Below, in pieces: positions 1-6,781 of a stretch of 64,000 nucleotides of DNA. The stretch comes from an uncultured Candidatus Saccharibacteria bacterium (GTDB taxonomy: Bacteria > Patescibacteriota > Saccharimonadia > Saccharimonadales > CAZDBS01), in contig CAZDBS010000001.1 in NCBI GenBank assembly GCA_964503775.1, forward strand, positions 9,621 to 73,620. Direction: 5' to 3'. Numbering within the stretch: the stretch's first letter is position 1; each line of letters begins with the position of its first letter. The translations under genes were made by a program, and so were the position numbers. The notes beneath the pieces were generated by a model. The model saw only the letters and a list, made by a program, of their open reading frames with translations. It was not told the DNA's origin and ran no database searches.

Positions 1-1027
1 TCAGGTTGCGGTAGTAGATTGATGCCCAGGTCAGATAGACAAAGAGTAGCGGCTCGACAACTAGCATTAGTTCGCTCCACATGGCGATCGGGAGTCGGAG
101 CCAGACAAGCATCTTGGAATATTTCGGATCGCTGTTAAAAATCAGCTGACGGTTTTTGGCAACAGCCTGGAGATTACCAAATTTCCATCGATAGCGTTGA
201 TTAAGCAGACTTTTGAACGACATGACCGGTTCGGTGGTGACGATGACGTCAGAGGCATACACCAGGCGGTTGTCTTTGTTACCCAGCCCGGCAATAGACA
301 GACTTACGTCGATGTCTTCGGTTTTCATCGTTTGGTCAAAACCACCCACTGTTTTTAGAAGTGAGTAGCGATATGTGGCGCCGGCACCACCGATGATGTA
401 CTCACTGTTGGCCAGGGTGTAGAACTTCTTGGACCTGAAACTACTCATATATTCAAATCGTTGCAACAGCCCCAAAACTGTCGGCAACTCAAGCAAACGA
501 ACATTTGCAGCAAGTGCAGCAACTTTCGGATCAAGATTAAAATGCTGAACGACATTTTCGAGAGCATTGACGTCCAGTATGCAGTCGGCATCGAGAGTCA
601 TAACCAGCTCACCTTTGGCGTATTTATGAAGAGCGAAGTTTAAATTAGAACCCTTACCGTGCTTTTGACGTTTAATCAAGCGGATGTTGACCCCGGGGTG
701 TTCTTTGATGAATTTTCGAACCAGAGAAACGGTCTTGTCTTTAGACGCGTCATCGATGACGATTATTTCGAAATTCTTGTACGAGGAGTCTAGGATACTC
801 AATAGGGTTCGTTCGATGACCAACTCTTCATTGTAGGCCGGAACTAAGACAGAGATCAGTGGTTTATGTCGGAAAGCTAAACCATAGGGATGATCGCGCT
901 TTAATTTCTCACGACGCACTAATTCAAAGTCATACAGTGATGCACCGATCAGCGACATAGCCGCAAAAAACAGCGACGTAAACACCGTACAGTAGAATAA
1001 AAACCACAAAATTTCTGTAATATTCAT
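1..1027 (-). CDS. Processive family-2 glycosyltransferase (PgaC/IcaA/cellulose-synthase-like), C-terminal part beyond window edge
   Basis: Absent from the ORF track because it runs off the window. My translation from the ATG at 1027-1025 gives MNITEILWFLFYCTVFTSLFF (TM), then ISVLVPAYNEE, IIVIDDAS, MTLDADC, KTEDIDVS and NQRYRWKFG. These are the D, DxD, TED and Q(R/Q)xRW motifs of processive GT2 synthases. It starts 1 nt after the sortase stop. Confidence 0.8.
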   Translation of the reverse strand, partial: MNITEILWFLFYCTVFTSLFFAAMSLIGASLYDFELVRREKLKRDHPYGLAFRHKPLISVLVPAYNEELVIERTLLSILDSSYKNFEIIVIDDASKDKTVSLVRKFIKEHPGVNIRLIKRQKHGKGSNLNFALHKYAKGELVMTLDADCILDVNALENVVQHFNLDPKVAALAANVRLLELPTVLGLLQRFEYMSSFRSKKFYTLANSEYIIGGAGATYRYSLLKTVGGFDQTMKTEDIDVSLSIAGLGNKDNRLVYASDVIVTTEPVMSFKSLLNQRYRWKFGNLQAVAKNRQLIFNSDPKYSKMLVWLRLPIAMWSELMLVVEPLLFVYLTWASIYYRNL

Positions 1028-1028
1028 C

Positions 1029-1691
1029 TTAGATCCTCACCTTTACGAACTTAAAAGTAAACAATCGACGATTTTGATCCCAGGCACCAGAGCAGGTTTG
1101 GACAACTAGTTTTGGCGCTCCGACTTCTTGGAGAACATCAACATCAGTTGGTTTCACGTCATGGGCACCGGTGAAGACGTAGTAGAAAACTGCACCGGTA
1201 TTGGTACGAATCATGACTAGTTCACCGCCCCGCAGGTTATACAATTTACTAAAGACAGCTCGAGTATTGTGTCCATAGATAAAAGTCGTTCCCTCTCGAT
1301 TATTGGCCAGTGCCGTAACCGTAGCGTAGTAAGCCGAGGAGGGACCCAGCGTCCAGCTCTTGTTGACTTCATTGTAGTAGCCCTCAGATATCGGAACGCT
1401 CATATTGAGAGAGGAGATAATGATTTCAACCGGTTTACCACTGACAAATTTGGTTACCGGCACGTCCGCTGCAGCTGTCTTAACAGAAGCAGAGGGTCTA
1501 GCAGTCGAAGTCTCGGCCACCACTTGCTTGTCAGCAGCCTCTATTACCTCTGTTGGTACTACTATCGGTGCTTCAGCGGCACCCTCCGGCCTTACAAACA
1601 AAATCGTGGCTACAATAGCAGCCACGATCGACACGATCCCCAAAGTCATGTGAACTGCCGTGAAGGTAAGTTCTGACCTTGGTGAGCGCAT
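1029..1691 (-). CDS. Sortase family transpeptidase (N-terminal membrane anchor)
   Basis: Catalytic-triad context: H in FIYGHNTR, C in LVVQTCSG (TLxTC-like), R in QNRRLFTF. TM segment LGIVSIVAAIVATILFV. I chose the ATG at 1691 (M30 of the track ORF) because it lies 16 nt after the stop of the upstream LPNTG gene. Confidence 0.7.
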   Translation of the reverse strand: MRSPRSELTFTAVHMTLGIVSIVAAIVATILFVRPEGAAEAPIVVPTEVIEAADKQVVAETSTARPSASVKTAAADVPVTKFVSGKPVEIIISSLNMSVPISEGYYNEVNKSWTLGPSSAYYATVTALANNREGTTFIYGHNTRAVFSKLYNLRGGELVMIRTNTGAVFYYVFTGAHDVKPTDVDVLQEVGAPKLVVQTCSGAWDQNRRLFTFKFVKVRI

Positions 1692-1707
1692 AACGTCTAT
1701 TCCCCGC

Positions 1708-1890
1708 TTATTTAGTGCGAAGAGAATGACGGTAGAGGGCGACACCGAGCTGTAATACAACAGCTGTGACACCAACAACGATTGCTACAACAGCGATCGT
1801 GCTGAGAATCGTGCGACTCCCTGTGTTTGGTAATACTGCGATTCCTGCAGCGGTTGATGTACCGCCTAGGACAACACCTCGTCCGTACAT
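1708..1890 (-). CDS. 60-aa minimal LPXTG (LPNTG) sorting-signal protein
   Basis: Reads MYGRGVVLGGTSTAAGIAV-LPNTG-hydrophobic stretch-YRHSLRTK. An AAGGAG RBS lies about 7 nt upstream of the ATG and an AT-rich promoter-like region lies further upstream. It sits immediately upstream of the sortase. Confidence 0.55.
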   Translation of the reverse strand: MYGRGVVLGGTSTAAGIAVLPNTGSRTILSTIAVVAIVVGVTAVVLQLGVALYRHSLRTK

Positions 1891-2092
1891 ACGTCTCTCC
1901 TTTGAATCATTAGATTTATAGATGTACGAGCGAATATTACCCTATATATGCGTATTTGTAAAGAGTATTTTATTACATGCTTATGCTTACCAAACAGCTT
2001 ATCTTTATAATACTCTTGTAATTTGCACCATATTCTTGTAAAATCAGCATCAAATTGAAAAATTTAACTGATGTTAAGGAGCAGTGTAGATT

Positions 2093-3538
2093 ATGAAGAA
2101 ACTTAAATTCAAAGGTTTTCGTCTAGCGTTGGCTGGCTTACTACTTTTGGGAAGCATAGTCTCAAGCGTGCCAAAAGCCACCGCAGCAACACTAACACCA
2201 ACCGCTCAGGTTTCGTTTACTTTTGACGATGCCTTAGCGAGCACCTACACAAAAGCAGCACCTACACTTGCTAAATACGGTCAAACCGGAACAGTTTATG
2301 TCACGACCGGTTGTGTTGGCAGTGTCGGCACATGCCCAGCGGACCCTCAATCAACATATATGACTTGGGACCAGGTCAGCGCCCTGAAAACAACTTACAA
2401 CTGGGAAATCGGTGCACACACCGTGTCTCACCCTCAACTCGCTACTGATGGCTTGACGACAGCCCAGATTGTCAGCGAACTGAGTGATAGTAAAAATGAT
2501 CTGACCGCCCATGGTTTCAATGCGCAGGCCTTCGCCAGCCCATACGGGGATTACAACCCAACAGGTAACCCAGTTCTAGCCGAGATAGCCAAGCTCTACA
2601 GTTCACACCGTGGTTTTGCCGATACTGGTTACAACTCCTTCCCAAACAATGACTATCTACTGAGAGATCAACAGGTTCAGGCCGGAGTTACTGTAGCAAC
2701 AGTCAAAGGTTATATCGACCAAGCTATCGCCAGTAAGACATGGTTGGTTCTCACCTTCCATGATATTCAAGATACGCCGAACACCGACCCCGAGGAGTAC
2801 GAATATGCTACTGCGGATCTCGACGCTATTGCCGCCTATGTCAAAAGCAAAAATCTACGAGTGGTCAATGTTAGCGACGGTTTGGCAACGAGTGCAACTA
2901 ACATGCTAACCAACTCATCTTTCGACAACGGCTTAGCTGATGGTTGGACAACCGACAATGCCACGAGCGTCAAACTCAACACTGCCAACAACGGCAGCTA
3001 CCCAAGTCCCAAAAACTCGATTGAGTTAAACTCATCCACAACCAACGTTCATTTATTCTCCCCAACCGTTGATGTCGATTCTGCCCAAACCTACGTTGTT
3101 AAAAGTTTTCTCAATGTTCTCAAGCACGCTAGTGGTGAAGTCGCGTATTACGTGGACGAATATGATCTGAACGGAGTGTGGTTACAAACTCAGTATAAGA
3201 AAAGTGAGCCTACGGCTTTCGTCGAGACTATCAATTTCGAATACAAGCCTACCTCAGCAACTGTCAAAAAAGCTCGCGTACAGGTTGTAGTGACGGCTAA
3301 CTCTGGCATCCAAGCCTTTGTAGACAATTTCCAGATGTTCTCCGAATCAGGTACAACTCCTCCTGTAGCCCAGACACCAGGCGATGTAAATGGTGATAAG
3401 ATCGTGAACGCCCTCGATCTCAGTATCCTGCTGACCAACTGGTCTAAGACAGCTACCCGTGCCCAGGGTGATCTCAGTGGTGATGGTGTAGCAAACGCCC
3501 TCGATCTGTCGATATTACTAACGAACTGGAGTAAATAA
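2093..3538 (+). CDS. Secreted polysaccharide deacetylase (CE4/NodB domain) with CBM-like middle region and C-terminal dockerin repeats
   Basis: Signal peptide MKKLKFKGFRLALAGLLLLGSIVSSVPKATA. NodB motifs FTFDDA and HTVSHPQL. Two dockerin Ca-binding repeats, GDVNGDKIVNALDLSILLTNWSK and GDLSGDGVANALDLSILLTNWSK. GGAG RBS before the ATG. Confidence 0.8.
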   Translation: MKKLKFKGFRLALAGLLLLGSIVSSVPKATAATLTPTAQVSFTFDDALASTYTKAAPTLAKYGQTGTVYVTTGCVGSVGTCPADPQSTYMTWDQVSALKTTYNWEIGAHTVSHPQLATDGLTTAQIVSELSDSKNDLTAHGFNAQAFASPYGDYNPTGNPVLAEIAKLYSSHRGFADTGYNSFPNNDYLLRDQQVQAGVTVATVKGYIDQAIASKTWLVLTFHDIQDTPNTDPEEYEYATADLDAIAAYVKSKNLRVVNVSDGLATSATNMLTNSSFDNGLADGWTTDNATSVKLNTANNGSYPSPKNSIELNSSTTNVHLFSPTVDVDSAQTYVVKSFLNVLKHASGEVAYYVDEYDLNGVWLQTQYKKSEPTAFVETINFEYKPTSATVKKARVQVVVTANSGIQAFVDNFQMFSESGTTPPVAQTPGDVNGDKIVNALDLSILLTNWSKTATRAQGDLSGDGVANALDLSILLTNWSK

Positions 3539-3540
3539 TT

Positions 3541-4461
3541 ATGAATCGAATCAAATCTATCAGCCTTAGCCTTGCACTCGCTGCGGCGACAGTTTTCGGA
3601 TATATGCCCACAAATGTCCAAGCCCTTGGTGCTGCCAGTTTATCTCTAACTGGAGCGGGTTCTCACCAAGTCAACAGCACATTCTCAGTCTCTGTCTACG
3701 AGAACAGTGGTGCCGATATGGTAAACGTTGTCCAGAGCGATATCGCATATGACGTTTCCAAATTGCAGTTCGTCAGTATCGACGCCAGCGGTAGCGCTTT
3801 TGGTATCGACGCCTACTCTGCTAACACCGGCAATGTCGTAACGATTACACGAGGCGTATCTGGTGGTGCGACCGTCACAGGTAGTAAGTTAGTAGCTTCT
3901 GTCATCTTTAAAGCTTTGGCCGGCAGTGGCTCTACAAGTATCAGCTTCCAACCAAGCTCGAAAATTTATCGATCAACCGATAACACTGACATATGGAACC
4001 AAGTCACGACAGGTGCCTCGTATAGTTTCACCACCCCAGCTCCGACACCAACTCCTACGCCAACCCCGACCCCAACACCAAAGCCTGCCACTACACCAAA
4101 AGTTACCATGCAGTCTACACCCAGCACAGTAGCTTCTACTCCGACTCCAACTCCTACAAACACCCTAGGTGCTACGGAGCAACCGAAAGCAGAAACGACC
4201 ACCACATCTACAACAGATTCAGAATATCACCCTGCTCAGGTAACCAATACCAGCAACGGAACCAAAGTCTGGGGCTTCATGGCCGCATTTGCCGCTATTG
4301 CACTCGGTATCCTGGCAGTAAAACGGAACTTCGTACCAGCTAAATCAGCAGCCGTGGTCTACACTGCGCCAGAAGCTAAGGTCACAAAATCAAAATCTAG
4401 CGCTACCAAGAAGAAAACAGCCAGCAAGTCCACGACTGCTAAAAAGACTAAAAAGTCATAA
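3541..4461 (+). CDS. Membrane-anchored cohesin-domain protein with Pro/Thr linker and Lys-rich cytoplasmic tail
   Basis: Signal peptide, then a cohesin-like block (STFSVSVYENSGADMVNVVQSDIAYDVSKLQFVSIDASG...KLVASVIFKAL). This is followed by a (PTPT)n linker, the TM segment VWGFMAAFAAIALGILAV and a K/S/T-rich tail. It starts 3 nt after the dockerin protein stop. Confidence 0.7.
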   Translation: MNRIKSISLSLALAAATVFGYMPTNVQALGAASLSLTGAGSHQVNSTFSVSVYENSGADMVNVVQSDIAYDVSKLQFVSIDASGSAFGIDAYSANTGNVVTITRGVSGGATVTGSKLVASVIFKALAGSGSTSISFQPSSKIYRSTDNTDIWNQVTTGASYSFTTPAPTPTPTPTPTPTPKPATTPKVTMQSTPSTVASTPTPTPTNTLGATEQPKAETTTTSTTDSEYHPAQVTNTSNGTKVWGFMAAFAAIALGILAVKRNFVPAKSAAVVYTAPEAKVTKSKSSATKKKTASKSTTAKKTKKS

Positions 4462-4486
4462 GCCTGACGAGGTTGCTACGTCGTGA

Positions 4487-4514
4487 AGGGAGGAGTTCTA
4501 GCTCCTCCCTTTTA
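4487..4514 (+). terminator. Rho-independent terminator after cohesin gene
   Basis: agggaggag / ctcctccct 9-bp stem with a 6-nt loop, followed by a T-run. Confidence 0.65.
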
Positions 4515-4545
4515 TGATATAATTACCCCTGTTCTAAAGATTAAT

Positions 4546-4620
4546 GCGGGTGTCGTACAACGGCTAGTATATGAGTTTTCCAAACTCAGGACGAGGGTTC
4601 GATTCCCTCCACCCGCACCA
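4546..4620 (+). tRNA. tRNA-Gly(UCC), CCA encoded
   Basis: Manual cloverleaf: acceptor gcgggtg/cacccgc, anticodon stem tgagt/actca, loop tt-TCC-aa, T-arm gaggg-ttcgatt-ccctc. Confidence 0.9.
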
Positions 4621-4621
4621 T

Positions 4622-4698
4622 GCCCTCGTAGCTCAGTTGGATAGAGCAGGAGACTTCTAAGCTCAAGGTCGCAGGTTCGATCCCTGCCGAGGGTACCA
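4622..4698 (+). tRNA. tRNA-Arg(UCU), CCA encoded
   Basis: Acceptor gccctcg/cgagggt (G1-U72), D-arm gctc-agttggata-gagc, anticodon loop ct-TCT-aa, T-arm gcagg-ttcgatc-cctgc. The anticodon stem ggaga/gctca has mismatches at both ends. Confidence 0.8.
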
Positions 4699-4780
4699 AA
4701 TTGAATTTGATTGTGATGATGCTCACAGCAAGTTTGCTTGCTTTGTAGGAGTATACTAGAGGTGTAAACAGGAGAGATTT

Positions 4781-5203
4781 ATGAACAGCGATGATCAAGG
4801 CAAGAAACCATATGTGGTCAATATCGAGGACCTGACGAAAGCCAATACAAACTTCCGTACTGCCCAGTGGACTGGTCAATATTTTCAGATGACTCTCATG
4901 TCTATACCGGTAGGCGGAGAAGTCGGGTTAGAGGTCCACCCTGACACTGATCAGTTCTTGCGACTCGAGCAAGGTAAGGCCAAGGTGCTCATGGGACTAT
5001 CCCAGGATAACTTGGATCAAACATTTGAAGCTGAAGATGATTTTGCAATCTTCGTTCCTGCTGGCACATGGCACAACATCATCAATGATGGCGACGAAGA
5101 TCTGAAATTGTATTCCATCTACGCCCCGCCACACCACCCGTTCGGCACCGTTCACGCGACATACGCCGACGCCCAAGCTGCCGAAACGGCCGAAGAGCAC
5201 TAA
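4781..5203 (+). CDS. Cupin-domain protein
   Basis: Small beta-barrel signature, GGEVGLEVHPDTDQF...FVPAGTWHNIIN (two cupin motifs). GGAGAG RBS upstream. Confidence 0.7.
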   Translation: MNSDDQGKKPYVVNIEDLTKANTNFRTAQWTGQYFQMTLMSIPVGGEVGLEVHPDTDQFLRLEQGKAKVLMGLSQDNLDQTFEAEDDFAIFVPAGTWHNIINDGDEDLKLYSIYAPPHHPFGTVHATYADAQAAETAEEH

Positions 5204-5258
5204 GATTCGGGTCTGATTGCTTTATCCACTGAGTTCAAGTATAATCACCCCCGTTAAT

Positions 5259-5336
5259 GGCGGGCGTAGCTCAGTTGGTTAGAGCGCCAGTTTGTGGTAC
5301 TGGATGTCGTGGGTTCGACCCCCATCGCTCGCCCCA
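5259..5336 (+). tRNA. tRNA-His(GUG) with genomically encoded G-1 and CCA
   Basis: Extra 5' G opposite discriminator C73. Acceptor gcgggcg/cgctcgc, anticodon stem ccagt/actgg, loop tt-GTG-gt, T-arm gtggg-ttcgacc-cccat. Confidence 0.9.
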
Positions 5337-5343
5337 CACAAGG

Positions 5344-5367
5344 ACCCGGGCTTTGTCCGGGTTTTTG
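5344..5367 (+). terminator. Rho-independent terminator after tRNA-His
   Basis: acccgg / ccgggt stem with loop gctttgt, followed by ttttt. Confidence 0.7.
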
Positions 5368-5390
5368 TGTGGACAAATGATGGATGTCCG

Positions 5391-5506
5391 AACCCAGAAC
5401 CACGAAGTGTTGGGTGCGTGTAGCGACTGGCGCGCGCAGAAGTTTATATCGAGCATGATAGGAACGGAAATAGGGAGCGAAGCGACCGTCTTCCCATCGC
5501 TCCCCC
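5391..5506 (+). repeat. Degenerate tRNA-His 3'-half copy interrupted in the T-loop by a ~60-nt conserved insert (copy C of a 3-member family)
   Basis: tggatgtc (identical to the tRNA-His variable region) ... gttgggtgcg | tgtagcga..gcgcgcaga..atcgagcatg..ggagcgaag | cgacc..cccatcgctcccc (matches the tRNA-His 3' end cccatcgctcgcccc). The core is shared with 37096-37185 and 56549-56636. Confidence 0.6.
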
Positions 5507-5536
5507 TAAATTAACAAGGTTTGGTTTTCATTATCA

Positions 5537-6745
5537 CTATCGGACATATTCCAAATACTTATCCATGTCCCATGGCCCAAGACCACACCCCACTGATGTG
5601 TTCTTTGCTAATCGAAGTGTCACTGAGTTCACTAGCTGTATAAGAATACTTATCTTGCTATTCGGTGATCCAGTGCCACTATCAACCTCATAACAGTAGG
5701 TCTTGTCGTCTCTTACTAAACTAAAGTCGAGATTAATTGCGCCCTTTGTAGTGGGATCAAAGCTATAAATACTACTCGTTATCATACCTAGCTGTTGTGC
5801 CATATTGCCGATCGAGATAACACCTCTGGTCGAATCATAATTACTGTGCACGAGCGCCAATGACCCACCCACGTCCCAGAGCCCCGATGGGTCTGAATCC
5901 TTACTCATCCATATTCCCTGGACAGTATTCGGCACATCCTGGTATATCGTGCCACACGGCAGTACCTTAGACTGTCTTAGCATACCCCCAAAATCACCAA
6001 TTTTAGCGTACAGCTGCTTTGATACGTCGCTTGAATAATAATCCAATGTACATACGTAGTGACGCTCGCTGTCAGGCCATCGTTTCAGGTTTGCCAATAC
6101 CGGGTTGGGTATCCTCTTATCGATAAGTGCAAAATCCAGCCCATCCGGGTAACCTCGTTCACCACCCGCCCAACCCAATACCTCTCCGGCTTTTAATTTC
6201 ACCTCCACTTCCTTGTAATCATTGTGCGACCTCTTGGCTTTGCCAACATCACTTTCTTGGGTGCGATCATATGGCGGTTGCATAGCTGCAGCTAGGGCAT
6301 CATTGAGTTTTTGAACCAGTATAAAATACCCAGTTACATCTTTGCATATTTTAAAATCGATACGATAGGCTTCATACGGCTTATCCAAGTCGTTGTTATC
6401 CATTTTCATCATCTGTGTGACGGTCATGTCGGCCGGCACATAGAGTGTTGTTTTGTTTGGACCATTGTCAGTGTGGATATAGTTGTAATACATGTGAGTT
6501 GTCGGCAAGACATGTCCGGGCGGCGCGAGATTACCAAGAGGTACGATCGTACTGATCTCTTCTAATTTTACAGGCGGGTTTTGTAAAATCCTCTCCTTCG
6601 ATACACAATCCGATCCACTACTCGCCATATTGTGCTGTTTTTTGAATACAATCGCCCCGACTAAGGTGATTACTAAGATTACCAACCCTATCATGACAAT
6701 GTGAGCAAAGCCATGGTCGCTAACTCTGGAAGAAACCATAAGCAA
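5537..6745 (-). CDS. Secreted/membrane-anchored hypothetical protein, paralog of 61971-63218 (possible distant LytM/M23-like barrel)
   Basis: N-terminal module SDHGFAHIVMIGLVILVITLVGAIVF. Shared blocks with the 61971 ORF: PPGHVLPTTHMYY vs AGAHVTPIDHLYF, YRIDFKICKDVTGYFILVQKL vs YRFEIQHSCQTVSYFDLVTKL, KLKAGEVLGW vs AVKAGQEVGR. Confidence 0.5.
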   Translation of the reverse strand: MLMVSSRVSDHGFAHIVMIGLVILVITLVGAIVFKKQHNMASSGSDCVSKERILQNPPVKLEEISTIVPLGNLAPPGHVLPTTHMYYNYIHTDNGPNKTTLYVPADMTVTQMMKMDNNDLDKPYEAYRIDFKICKDVTGYFILVQKLNDALAAAMQPPYDRTQESDVGKAKRSHNDYKEVEVKLKAGEVLGWAGGERGYPDGLDFALIDKRIPNPVLANLKRWPDSERHYVCTLDYYSSDVSKQLYAKIGDFGGMLRQSKVLPCGTIYQDVPNTVQGIWMSKDSDPSGLWDVGGSLALVHSNYDSTRGVISIGNMAQQLGMITSSIYSFDPTTKGAINLDFSLVRDDKTYCYEVDSGTGSPNSKISILIQLVNSVTLRLAKNTSVGCGLGPWDMDKYLEYVR

Positions 6746-6781
6746 AATATACGCTTAACAACTCTCGACGTCCATAGAGTA

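Noticed and set aside
4030-4160. Short-period repetitive DNA (ccaac/cccga/acacc units) that could be mistaken for a tandem repeat or array.
   Set aside because: It is the in-frame (Pro-Thr)n linker of the cohesin protein. There is no spacer-repeat architecture.
4586-4879. Track ORFs that read through tRNA genes: 4586-4879, 5257-5514, 5271-5456, 37138-37539, 37351-37563 and 56543-56779.
   Set aside because: Their translations contain the typical tRNA read-through peptides ([23 protein letters not shown] and similar). The DNA folds into canonical cloverleaves or the tRNA-fragment repeats described above.
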